A DNA stretch of 63,710 nt, counting the filler, from Perkinsus chesapeaki ATCC PRA-425 (taxonomy: Eukaryota > Protista > Perkinsozoa): assembly GCA_013115145.1 (NCBI GenBank). It is 4 parts of 4 records of this genome, joined end to end, with 100 filler letters (N's around TTAATTAATTAA, not from the genome) between each part and the next. Parts side by side here need not be neighbours in the genome. Positions count along the whole stretch, not along the records: positions 28,302 to 53,486 come from JAAPAO010000531.1; 3 more parts are not named here. The stretch is one strand, 5' to 3'. This document shows positions 32,989 through 46,067 of this stretch, piece by piece (within the stretch, counting starts at the first letter, position 1; every line of letters starts with the position of its first letter). The translations under genes were made by a program, and so were the position numbers. Under the pieces are notes generated by a model that worked only from the letters and a program-made list of their open reading frames with translations, was not told the DNA's origin and ran no database searches.

Positions 32989-35900
32989 TCACATCTCTAC
33001 AATCCTCGATCCATGACTCGGTCCCATGGCTCCTAGCATGCTTTTCGTCGGCATACCTCCTCCCAACGCCGCGACCATTCTCATTTCCATTTCGGTGGTG
33101 CTCGATTCACATTCGTGATGATACTTCGCCAGACTCTCACGGGCCAAAGCTAGTGGGTGGTCCGCTGCCAGATTCTCGGCTCTAGTGGGAGGGTCGCTTT
33201 CATGAGATGGGAAATTGGCTACGAGGTACCTAGGATACCTGAGCACCAAAAAGCTCCGTGACAGCTATCGGCGTAGAGGAGCTTACCGCTTCTCTGTAGT
33301 GACTGTCCTGCCGAACCAGCTAAGAACCCAATTAAGGACGCCGGCTGATGCAAACTCGGTCTCTCCTAGCATGGCCCAGCGTTCACGTGAGACCATCACA
33401 GCGGCGCGGGACTGACAATAACAAAGTTTTGACAAGTATCTTCAATAGTAGGGGCTCAGGGAAGGAGGGACAACAGCGAGGGATAATAGGAGCACTTACT
33501 GATATATCGTCGTAGCTGCTGGACATGATGGCGATGAGAAGATTGAGAAGGGTTATGTTAATAATATATGTATTAGCTACCACTATGAACCACATGTAGT
33601 CGGAACCCTAATAAAGGAAGGTTCAGCTCCAGTAAGCTTGGAGGAATATATACCCTCATATTGTCTATCTGACTCTCCATCGTATCACCGAGAACCCCAA
33701 TCCTATAGACTGATAAAAAGTAATACCAAACACGGGCGACACTGCCCGGTCTAGCGTCAGCTACGAGACCACCGAGAGTGGGTTGAGTGGGGTCAACTGG
33801 GTAATCTACCACCCATACGGCAAGCATCATCGACATTACAAAGACAGTAAGCATAACGAAGAACCATCTGACGGAGTAGCTGACTTCGACAACGAGCCTG
33901 AACATCCAGGCGAGATTCTCGAACCCTCGAAACATGGTGACGGTGTTGATGAGGATAACGATCATCGTCACAGAGGCGTACTGTGATAGTGACAACTTGC
34001 CACGCCAATGCTCGTGAAAATCTCGATCGGTGGCGAAGTCAATGGCAATGAGACTGACCATCATTGTCACAGCCAGCAGGAGTGAGAGATTAGTGGCATC
34101 GTCTAAGTAGCTGCGCCACGAAATTCTCTGAAGCTGTAGGCCTTCCTTAATATAATATGCAAATGACAAGCATAGCAAAATGCCTGCCAGCACCTCACGG
34201 CCGTGCCTATCCGTACTGTAGTCGATGATGTACTTAGTGCTCAGGGTGACATATAGCAACCACTGTACGAGGGCAGCTATAAATGATAGCCAGCCAAAGG
34301 TTTGCCATTGATGAGCGAAGAGCAAGCGCATTGTACGAGAGGTAAGGATCTCGTCGGGTAGATGGGAAAACCAAAGATCCCATTTGAGTGACCAAGAGGC
34401 GTTCGGTAAGCAAAGCACCTAACTCAAAGAATCAGCCAATTACCCTATGCCTTCTCGGGTGTTATTCAGTGGCACACATGCTTGTTAGCAATCGCTACAG
34501 AATTATCACCCTAATGTTGGACTCTGTGGTGTACTCATCAGACTCAGGTTTACGTATACCCAATGCCCGATAGTAGTCTCTTCTTGGCAAACCATAGGCG
34601 TTGGCGAATAAGGAATAATAAGTGGTGGTGATACATGTGGATATCTCATGCTTTCCACTTGAAGGAAGCACCTGTATAAAGATACTCCGAAGTAGCCGAC
34701 TGATAGCTTACCCCCGGTGCATTGCGATTTCCACCTGTCTCCATGAGCCGGGAGTCGAGAAAATCCCGTAACGAGGGAAGGTCGCTAGCCCTGTATGTCG
34801 AGGCCATCAGTATCGGCGTCAATAAGGATGAGATATATCTGAACGTCGCCACTGTTCTCCCAAAATCCTGATAGTCGAGCGCTCACCCGGCACCATGTCT
34901 TGATAAGGAGGTGGCATATGCTAGCTGTACGTCAAGGGCTTGGAAGCACTTATTAGAAAGGCTGATGAGCATCGTGCTCGTTATCCTGCCATCCAAGCGG
35001 AAGGATAGCTCAATACCGAGTTCCTCGGCTAGAGCATAGGCTGTGGCCATCGCTGGTGTGTTGTTTGTTTCAGCCCAATAATGAAGAATGGTGCCGCCAT
35101 TGTCCGGCAGCCAGTCGAGCAGGAGGCGAGGCTGAGTACGGAGGAGCGTCGCCAAGACCCAACCAGGCGTTCCTGCGTCCCGACCTTGGAAGTAGTAGAC
35201 GCCCTTAGAGAACGCCGCAGCGCTGTTGCTGAGGGCGGTCAGCTCGCCCCAGATCTCACCAAGGCTAGCCTCCCTACCCGGTTGTACAGGGTGAACCTCC
35301 AACGAACCGTCCGAGAGAACGATAGCAAGCATGCATGACGAGATAGTGCAACACCCGACAACTGTAAGATCGGCGGATGCCGTGGGAATGATACGTTCGG
35401 AGCGCATGCGAGATATGCCTCCGAAGGAAGTGAAACCGGTTAGACTGGAACCGCGACCAACAAGCGTGAGGTGTCTTGCTCGGCACGTTAGCATATCCCA
35501 GCGAATGCAGACACCATATACATCAACAGTAACAAGGTCTCTGGGGTCATCACCGACTTGGCAATCGACAATAACGCTTGGGAGACCACTGGGCTTCATT
35601 CTGTAGTTACTAGTATGATAGTGACCATCCAGTGAGCACAGACATACACGGCTTGGTATATGCCAAACTAGCAATACTCCGTCTTCGTCAGCGCTAACCA
35701 GTCTGGAAGGGTCACCGAGGACTTGCAAAGTGGATACTGCCGCATCATGCCCGACGAAAGCCCCGCGGGCCCCCATAGCGTTACCGGAACCAACTGCGTA
35801 GAAGGTTCGACTGCGGCCTGGAATAGCGAGAAGCTCCCCAGTATGAGGGCTCTCCACGATGCTTCTTAGACCGTGGGTGACGTCAACGGCACCGAGAGAT

Positions 35901-37974
35901 ATCCATTGCCTTGAAGTAGTTGAAACCAGAGCTATCCTGGTATCGAAGACGAGAGACCATCTGTCAGAGTGCGACAAGTATATAACCTTTCTGACCGCGG
36001 CATTGGGGTTATCGACAAACACCTTTTCAAGCGTTTTCAACAAGTCACTGCTTTCGGAGGTATCTTGAACATTTGTGTTGCTGCCGGTATGTTGAACATG
36101 GATGAAGCGACATGGCCTAATCGGTCCGGTAACCGAAGGTACTATGAGTATATCATACTCCTGAGAGCTTACCACCCCCGAGCAGTCCATCATAATACTG
36201 TAGTCGTTGTCATGGCTGTAGACATAGACTTCTGACAAGCGGTCGTTGAAAGTCTGCTCATCCAGTGCGTACCAATGAACAGCATGGGCGTCACCAACCA
36301 GTAGGAAGTGACCATTAGCGCGAGTTCTCATCATCACCGGTTGCGCTGATAGGGTGTTCTCGTTCTCCACGGCAACAGTTTCAGGACCTCCCAGTCGATT
36401 AATGCGACCACCATCCATAGGCCTCCAGAGCGTGAAGGGCCCTTCTGGAATGTTACATGTCAAGGCCAGCATACCGTTTCGAACACAGCTAAGTAGAGGA
36501 CTTCCTTGTCTCCGGTGACGACCGGTCGAGCATCTGAAAAATATATACTCGGACGCCTAAGAGAACCGCCTACCGATGGCCAAATGATACACGGTCAGCA
36601 CGGACCAATGAGCCCGCCGAAGATGAATCGATTTCCACAAAGTAGAGGACACCTTCAGAGAGCTCTCCTCCAGCTAGGACCAGCATCACCACAGGCGCCC
36701 AGGTCGAGACGTCCCTGAAAAGGCCATTCCCATGCAGTAGGCTGCAGCAAGTGTGGTGACCTTGATAGCCTGGATGACTGCTTCGGTGAGGATCCACCTC
36801 TAGAACTCAGCATGAATCCAAAACCGCTGCTCCTTGCTCGCTCTCGTAGCTTATGCAGCCCTCCACGGCTCCGAACAACAGCCTCTCCCATAACGTTGGC
36901 TACTCCCCGAACCACTCTGGACGGGAGAGGCGAGTCCGGCCGATCGCGTTCCTTCATTTCTACAGTGCTCACGTTGGAGGTGACGTGAACACCGGCGGAC
37001 ATGCTTACAATCGGGGGTCGGAGCCCACGAGGGAGGACTGCCTCTGGGAATGTGATAGTTCGCTCGACATCCCAGATCTCAAAGTTACGTATAGTGATAG
37101 ACCGCTGGTTCACATTGCTCGAAGCTAGCCTCAAACATGGATGAAGCTCAGTTCGCGGGAGGAAGCATAGCTCTCCTGGGACCTCGTTAGCGTGAGCCTT
37201 GGCGAAGGAGAGGAGTGATGATGCTTGATCAGGGTCCTCCTCGATGAATCCAGTTGCCACGTGGACCACATTCTCCTGTACAAATGCGACGACAGGGAAC
37301 TTGTGTCCAGCCAGTCCCTCCTGCACGGTGATGCCCGAGCTGGGAGGGAAGTCCTCCGAGCCATAAACTGGTATCATGCTACTATCGACATAAATCCAAT
37401 TCCAGGACGAAGAGGCGACAGCTAGACCTCCGATCACCAAAGGTATGTGTGCATGAGGGCGTGCAATAGGATTAACGCTGAGTTGGTTGTCCTCCGGCAG
37501 CGCCCAAGCCTTCGGTACTGCCGCTCCTTCAAGGACACCATCTCGCTCTACCACCAAAAAGGCGTCATCAAGCGCCCAGAGGAGACGGGGTGTCGAAAAT
37601 CCTTCACCAGTGAAACTGGGCAACAGGGTAGTGCATGAAGTCGGGGTGAACTTCATCTCAGCTATGTCTTTCCAGAGATGCAAGGAGACTTGGCCTTCAC
37701 CTCCAACCGTTAATGCGGCTAGCATAGAGCAAGTACGGGTAACGGACATCGCCACAATGTTGCATCCAACCGTCACGCTAGGTACTTCAACAGTTTGTGT
37801 GTGCTCGCCGTCAGGGTGTAGGACAGCAAAGCCTTCCTCTTCATCAGCCAGGAGTATCATCCAATCACCAGTGAACGCTCTATGGACCACCTCAGGGATA
37901 GATACCAACTCTACGCACTTCAAGTTCTTGAATCTGCCGTCTGAGATTCTTGTGGCCAATGGATACGAATTCAT
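32989..37974 (-). CDS. Large TRP-like cation channel with N-terminal WD40 propellers and an ankyrin-like repeat
   Basis: WD40: FVGHDAAVSTLQVLGDPSRLVSADEDGVLLVWHI; ankyrin-like: GGTILHYWAETNNTPAM; six hydrophobic segments in ORF 33573-34418; pore IGVLGD; S6 INITLLNLLIAIMSSSYDDI. Confidence 0.75.
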
Positions 37975-38140
37975 ACCGGTAGGGCCAATACCAAAGAAGT
38001 GTAGAGGAGCTGATGGGAATTGAGAGACCGCTAACGCAACGCTGTATACGACAAGGCGACGTGTGTGAGCACTGTACCATACGAGGATCAAAATACGCGA
38101 ACTCAGGGTGTTAATAAAAGGAACAGAAATACGTGTTAGT

Positions 38141-41100
38141 CTATGAAGCTATCTCTGTGCGAGGCCGGGATAAGGATCGGGTCCCTCCTCCATGGTGAAG
38201 GTGATAACGGACCTTCCAAGCTCCAACTGAGGAAACGAGCACCGTAAGCTCGAGGGGAAGCCAGATGGTTGGGATTACCGGCTCGGTGCCCATCCCGGCC
38301 ACCGTCTGGGGCCCAACGTGCTCTTTAAGTTTCATATAGGCGCCATAGGTCTCATTCCAGCGGCGTTGAAGATACAAAACATATAGTAGGGATGACAGCA
38401 ATGCCAAGCATCCAACAGTGATAGCTATGATGAAGTACCTAAGAGAAGATCTAGGAAGATACGAATAGTTCAACCGGTCCTGCCAAGGGAGACGGCCATC
38501 GCAGCTCTGTGTCTCCGGACCGGCAGGGGGGCCGCCTCGGACCATACATAGGCTATCGGAGACAACGTAAGAAACCTGCATTAAAGCAGCTGTGGAGTGA
38601 TGCAACAAAGCGATACCTCTTGGGAACCATTAACGCATTCGCCGACTGTGCGGACGTAATCTGAGGAAGAGCAGACGCGGCATGCCTCGGCAAGGTGCCA
38701 CTCAATCGACACATACTGCCCACCACATACACCTGAAGATATCTGAGTCGATACGAGACAAGGTCAGATTAATGGCTCACGGGAGTCCTGCGCTGTTGGC
38801 ACTAAAGTTGCCACAGGATAGGTGGAGGCATTGACCATACGAGGGTCGCATACCAGACTAACCTGACAACTGTTGGGTGGGCTATAGCGAGCACTCTCAA
38901 TCGGCCTACCATAGCTTCATTGCGACATGCCCCAACCTCGGCCGGGGCTGTCAGCAGTAGGGTAAGGCCATGGCTGGAAGCCTGTACACTATCCACTGAC
39001 TTGCCGATCACAACACGATCAGTAATGTCCTGAGCAACGCTTGCTGTCCACCACACTTGCTGTCTACAATAGGGAGACCTCAGAAGCAGCCGCCGAGCAT
39101 TTGTCTGCCACAACAGCCTTCGTTATCTCAGCTCTCCCAGCGATAGGGTTCACATAGGCGGCCCGACCATCTGGAAGGCCCAGAGGACCAGACTCACCCC
39201 ATACCTACGGATAGAGCCGATTGCAGCTAATGTGGTAGCCACGGTGAACCTTATCGTTCAAAGCTTTCATATCGAAGACAGCATCACCGATTATAAGGTC
39301 TGAACCGGTTGTTAAATAGCAGGAGTCGGAGCCTGTGACCGAGGTCATGCCGCTCGAACAAGGTAAGCATGATGCTGAGCCTTCAGTCGAAGTGTATGTG
39401 TTCGCCTGAAGACTTTACGTAGCAACACCAGTCTGATATTGATCTCACGGCGCATGGCTTGCAAGGAGCGCCTTCGGCGGAGGAGTACTGTCCTTTTGGG
39501 CAGTCTTGGCACAAGCCATCCTTCAGTGCCTGGCCGCTAGCGCAGGTCTGACATTTCCTAGCACCGCCACCTCTACTCGAAGTAAGAGTAAAAGAATGAA
39601 AAATAAACCTGATAGAGCCTTATGATACCATTTGTCAGCTTCAATTGACAGCTCGCTACTTCGTTCCCACTGCCCCCTCGCAACGTATTGAAATCTCCAT
39701 GACGTCCTTCGGTGGGATAGATACACCCTTGGCTGCCTGGGCGGGTGTTAATCTGATAGCCTCTTGGCCAGCTCGTGCGCCCAAAAAAACCTGACGTGGA
39801 TCTGGCCCTAGAACAACAGCAGCGCTGGCGGAGGCGACGCGTACAACAATGCCCGCCGCGGCGTCCCCTCGAGCTTGAATGGAATAATTCACTTTCAACA
39901 CGCCTCGGGCGAGCATCTCGACCCGCCATACAAGCTCCACACTTCTCGTCAAGTGCTCTGTTATCTGATTGCAGCTTGTATCACTTGGCAACCACTCATA
40001 CCTCGGTGGCAAGAGAACTCTGACGCGTCTGCCACGACCCTCCTTTGAATCGGAATGGCAGCGTCGATGGCTCAGGGAAGGAGTCAACGGTGAGTTCGAT
40101 GAGCGGGACCTGCGTTTTGTTTCGAAATGGCCATCTATAGCGGTTTCACCTGCCCCGCGGGGCATGAAGTGCACCCTATTGTCGTGGCTATCTTGCCTAG
40201 CTCTGCTGGGCAACTGATAATGAGCTTATAGTGAGGTTCAGCCGGGGCCGAGTTACCGAATGCAAAGGCCTTCCTGACGATCTAGGTAACTGCCGATCTG
40301 ACAATCTTCGCATGAAGTATTAGCAACATCTGTTGGCAGTGAGACGCTACTCGAAAGGGTAGGATCGCAAATGACCGGAGACGACCAGTTATAGTAGCTC
40401 TGACGATTAATGCCATGAGATTAGTAGTTGAAGGAGTACTCTTCTTTGCCACGTCACAGCGTCACAGTCCGAGTAATGTATCGAATAGTCTTCCGTTGTA
40501 CACGGTGGTCTTGGTGTACATGTAGAATCTCCCGGTGACGCGTACCTTCAACTCTACTCGTTGGTGCTTGCATGGGCGTGTTAGACCTTACTGACCGCTT
40601 GGGCAGGGTTGACACATACTCGTATTGTGATCAGGGTACTGGTCTCTGCCGCATGACAGGCATTGCTCTCGAACCGTCGTGGTAAGTGATCCTGACCGTG
40701 AGGTGAGCTCAACTTCCTCCTGCCCGCTTTACCCTGGTCTCCAGTAGGGCAAGGGAGACAGCCGACGTCTACAGCACGGGTGCCGATGAGTTCAATGGAG
40801 CGCAGCCATGCTCTATCGTAGCCGTAGTCATCGGACATGTCCTTGGAGTAAACCCACTCGAGGGTGTGAGGACCGGCTTCCAACGGCACCACTCCCTACA
40901 GGAAGGTCTTCTCAATGATGCAGAGATGTACTTGCCTCCTTCCAGATGAGCTTGCCGTCATCATCAACGGTCATGTACTCTGGGCCCAGCTTGATTGTTC
41001 CGTCAATTATGAGTCTAAACCCATCAAACTGGTCTTCACCGTCCACCTGAAAGTGTGCATGAGGCTGTGGGCCAACATTTCATTCAGCGATTGTCCGTTA

Positions 41101-41864
41101 TGGCAGGATCCTCTACCATGTAAACAAAGCGAACTTCGCCATCTCTTAGCCAGTTGTCCTGCAACCGAAGCACACTGTCCATATCAGATTTGCCGTAGTT
41201 CTCTCCGGAGTGAATGACATCACCGTTCTCGCCCGCCACCCAGGACATACCTACGCGGGGGTCTTGTCTCCCCTATCTATCAGTTTGGTTACATTTATTA
41301 TCACTGCTGCTGTTGTTGCCAGTGGCAGTTGCATTGGTCCTATAGGGCACGACAGTCTCCCCTATTGCCCATCCAAAACCAAACTCTAGGGAGTATACAC
41401 ACCAGCTCTTCAGGGAAAGGTGGGATCTTTCGGGCTCCCAAGAATTGATAACGTTTCCCCCGCCAAGACTGTATCTGGTATGATACCAATGCGTAGTGGA
41501 TGCCACTGTAGCTGGCGGACCGTCCATTCGAGCATTTGGAGCACTGGCCTTGGATATGCCTGTTAGCTATGCGACCGGTGTAGAAGTGTCCTTTATCGCA
41601 CTGAGCACTGCAGCTCCCCTCGTGCAGGGGAGCGGGCAACTGCGTGGAACAGTGGTCTAAGGTTTCACTGGAAGCAATTACTTCGCATGAATTGTTCATG
41701 TCAGGTTTCCGCTCAGCAAAAATGGCTACATCGGTGTAGCTGCTGCTGAGCGTGTGACAAGTGTCGAGTACTGTATAGAGGAGCTGATGGTCCTCACAGA
41801 GACGCTGCTCTCCTCCTTTTACGGGAACGAGAGCGATGATAGGCAACAATACCCAAAGCAACAT
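38141..41864 (-). CDS. KIAA1324/ELAPOR (UPF0577)-like Cys-rich type I membrane protein, multi-exon
   Basis: Signal peptide MLLWVLLPIIALVPVKG; CSAQCDKGHF...QCSKCSNG; GPHTLEWVYSKD...DRAWLRSIELIG...GCLPCPTG; C-terminal TM YFIIAITVGCLALLSSLLYVLYL followed by YMKL. Confidence 0.6.
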
Positions 41865-41948
41865 CGTACGACAACAGTAGAGACTAATACCACTCGCTGG
41901 GTAATTGACTACCAACTCAATAACAGCTCCTTAACAATGGACGGTATG

Positions 41949-43881
41949 TCATGGATGGTCACTGACACTTGAGGAGGAGGAGAAGGAGGACTCATCACTT
42001 GACTCGACATCATCGTCACTTGCATCCTCTTGGATAGACTGATCATCTAGTTGAAAGTGTCGGAAGCACTAGTGGACCTCAAGATTCTCACCGAGTAGCT
42101 CCATCCATTGTTGAATGACAGACTGAAACTCGTTAAATATAGTCTCTTTGGGATCGACCGCCGACACTAAAGGACGATGCAGCCATCGGACCACTACATA
42201 TCTTATCATTCATCACAAAGCAGTATTCCCCAAAGTTCGGCTTCCGCACTTGACATATTTCTTAGGGTCGTTTGAGCGATACTATTGATGAAATCAAATA
42301 TAAAAAACTGGTATCCAGTAACACTCCACCACCCTACAGTGTCGTGCTGCTTCTAGTGCCCTAGGGAAATCCCTGTCATTAAGATATCTTAGGAGCTGTG
42401 CCTTCATATTGAGTATCTTGCGACATTCCAATGAAGCATCTGTCAGCTGCTGCTGCCCACAGTTCCATCTGTTGCCATCTCCTCCACCTCGGCAACCCTT
42501 CTCTCTCTTGGACTGTATTGAAGCTGCAATACCTCAGGCGTTGCCCCTGGCGCAGTACTAGCCCGCGTGGATGCACCTAGGCTGGTGGAGCAGCGCTGCA
42601 GACGCACATTGCCTCACCGTTATCGTTGCTGTATGAGGGAGGAGCGGTCATGGCAAGGAACGACATGAGTGGTTGGATACCGTTCGTTACTAGGAGGTGA
42701 TGATATGGCAAAGCTATTGACTTTCACTTCCAACACAAACACCTGTCCCCCCTCTAGAAGACACCGAGAGTAATAGGAAGTTGACGACGTTTGGAGCATG
42801 TTAATATTTCCACAACGCAGCTGCCTTTTGACTGCCTACTGACCCTCGAAGGGCTCTACCAGTTCGATGGTCCCTGAACAGCCACAACAATGACCACTGA
42901 CCGCCGCGGCCACCATTGATACCGCAGTGGGAAGAAGCGCAGTATGCTCCCATGGGTGCAGGCCACTCCAGGTCGCAGCGACTCGAGTATCCGATCCTCA
43001 TTCGATTTGCATATTTCTCTTCTCAATAGTTCACGCTCTGCTCTACGCCGAGCAATGCATCTGAGTTCACCCTGTTTCTCGCGCGCCACTAAATTCCTAC
43101 TCCAGATCCCGCCACAGACTTTCCCGATCTTTAGGGAACAGGCTGGCAGTGTCGCTGTGGACCTGCTGGTATAACTTAAACCGGAGATTATACACCCCTT
43201 CTCACCCTCCACGGTAGGCCACGAGTGTCCCATATAACATCAATTACAGGATAGTGCTCATCATCCCCCTCGGCATCATCATCATCACATAGTACGACCT
43301 TCCCGTAGCCATCAGGAAGACTCAGGCTTACACTGTCCATCACGCTGGCCTGTAACGTATGAATCGAGCGCTTTATTGTTGGACCACCTGGACCAGCTCA
43401 AGCATGCGGTGAACTCTCCTCTGTGATCCTTTGCCTGCCTTTGTGAGCCGTGAAACTATAACAGGCCAGTGGTGCTGAGGGCGGCCGGCTGCCACTTTGC
43501 CTATTACACATGGAATCCAGCCCCGCTCCTATGGAAGCTAAACTAGCCTTCAAATCTTCATACTGTGGCTTAGTGTTATCGCCGCCTTTGGGAGCTGTTG
43601 ATGAGCCCTGATGCACTGAGGATTGGTCGTCTTCCTGCTCACCTCTAGCTTGGTGTAGGCCCTTGTCCTCCGACCTTGCTGGCAAAACGAATACCATTTC
43701 CACGCCCTCAATTCGAGATAGCAGTGGTGTGCTGACTGAGCTGTCGCCGAGGCATGCCTACCACATTCGATGATATGGTACGGGGAGATATTGCTACCTT
43801 ATCATCAGCTAACAAGGAAAGGAACCGGTCCCTTGATACCAGCTGTACTACTCGCTTCTGTGATGGAGGGGTATACATCAT
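41949..43881 (-). CDS. Hypothetical multi-exon protein with acidic/Ser-rich C-terminus
   Basis: Exon-like blocks with GT/AG borders (MYTPPSQKRVVQLVSRDRFLSLLADDK; GYGKVVLCDDDD; YVVVRWLHRPLV; DDQSIQEDASDDDVESS...HP*). Confidence 0.4.
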
Positions 43882-44513
43882 AACGTCATAACTAATATAC
43901 ACTAGCACTTTAAGGATGATTAAAACAATACACTTAATGGATGCAAGCGTTAGGAGTATCAATCATGCTGTCTTAACGTCTGCTTAGAACTACTTCCCCC
44001 TACAGAGGGCTTCCGACGGAATCTGCCTCTGTTTTCTCACAGCTGGCACCTCACGAAAATAACGAAAAAACCTCGCTGGCAGGAGGGTGACGTCCAGCGT
44101 GGTCGACAAGACCGCCGCAGAGGTTATATGGTACAGGATGTCAAAAACGGCTAAGTCAAAATAATCTTATCACTCATAGTCGGTGGAGTAGCGCTGAGCC
44201 CAATAGTGATAGAGACACGCTGAGGATGCAGAAGGCAGTATCCATGATAGCAGGGTCACCATCAGTCATAAAGTCAATTGGTTTCAGCATGGCCTTAATG
44301 ATATGGCTTATTAGTCTACTTGTACTGGGCTGGTTTAGTATTACTGTTACTATGGCAAATCGTAATACTGTGAGACGCCATAGTGCACGAATTGATCCAC
44401 CTACCATTACAATAGGAGAACTAGAAAGGCACTAACAAGATGATAACTAAACGCTGGCAAAGGCATAAAGAAACTATCATCATTCTGATTGACTGTTTAT
44501 CATTCTGGTTTCT

Positions 44514-45564
44514 TTAGGCACGCTGTTGTTTCTGCTGCTTTGACTTTTCAATCCCCTCATCAAGGGACTAAACAGGCCCTTCCTTATTCCCCTATTTATT
44601 ATTATTACCTTGCATAACTCCTCTACTACATCATCCTCCAGCATAACAGGAGTACCATCGGCCTTAAGCAAGCATACTTCCACATTTTTACCGCTAGGGT
44701 CCACAACTTCCAGTAGAGCTCGAACTGCCATGTTGATAGTGTCCTGCTCGGCCATATCCTCCTTGTAGTTCTTTTCAAGGTAGTCGCTCACTATGATGAG
44801 ATAACATCCACAATACCTCCGAAGGCCCGTTGGCACTACCTGTCTTCGAGTTCCTTCCAATAGCAGCAGCCTTCCAGGAGTTGAAGGTGCCAGAAGGGTC
44901 GGTTTGGTATCTAGAAATGGGCTAATACTGCGATATAGATATTGATAAATATGTACAGCTGAGGCTTCTTGTGCTCGTTCTGTCCAATAACCAAAGTCGA
45001 TATACCGAAAGGGCGGGCACCTATCCAATCCATGCTACTAGTTGATTCTTGCTTACTACTGCCTACCTCCCTTATAGGTGTATTGCTGCTGGACACCAGC
45101 AATGTATCGAGCAACATAGTCAACAGTTGGCTTATCCTCAACATTAAGACGATAACTTTGGCATTCAACACGTGCCTTGTTGGCTAGGACCTACCACTAC
45201 ATTACTCCCGAACTGTGGTGCAGGAGCCCCGGTACTACCCTAGCATCAGCGTTTAGACCAGCAAAGGCCAACATAACGTTCTGATCGATTTTAAGTATCT
45301 TTCGGACAGTCCTAAAATACGTATCATTCAGCCTCCTTCCCTTATATCTTCACCTTGGGTCTTGAAGCTTAGGAATGGCCTTTCTCTCTACTGCTAATAC
45401 AGCAACATCTTTACCTCTAACACCAACAGCAGTGGTGCCCTTCCTTACAGCCTCCAAAGCATATCTAATATAATAATGCCTACATTCCCCTACTAGACTT
45501 ACTCGACTTGAAATAGATGACCATCTGGCGAGAACACTGTGATAGCACGATCGTAACCGGACAT
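44514..45564 (-). CDS. PSMA7: 20S proteasome subunit alpha type-7 (alpha4), multi-exon
   Basis: [19 protein letters not shown]|[39 protein letters not shown]|[24 protein letters not shown]; RPFGISTL; [10 protein letters not shown]...AVRALLEVV. Confidence 0.95.
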
Positions 45565-46067
45565 GGTTTTGAGGTAGAAGAAGCAATAGAGTAGTAAAAA
45601 CTCTAATGACTTCAAGTTAGTCTAGGATGCCGCCATTCAAAGGCCTTATATAGTTATGTATCTTTATACAGCTATCGTTACGCGTTTCGAGCTTACTATC
45701 AACTACAAATGTACTTATCTGCAACTTCATCACTTCCATTTCGATATCCCCTTCCATCCACCGCCCAGGCACAATTCCGTAGTGCAGTTGCAAGAAAAGC
45801 GCATGATTCGTGCCAATTGCATTTCCCCCGCTGTTTGAAATGCTCGTCATCCGTTTGTCTCTGTTGTGCTTACTATTTAAGGGCACCACCTCTTCCCTTA
45901 AAGTGAGCCTTTCCTTCAACTTCTCCGCTGTAATTTATTATATTGTTCAGAAAAAGTTTGGGTCCCTAACCAAGTCGGTTCGTTCAAGACTAGGTAGCCG
46001 TGGAGACAGCAAGGTAGCACCCTCTTATTAGCTGCTATCTACTGTGGTTATCTAGCGTCATGGTCCC

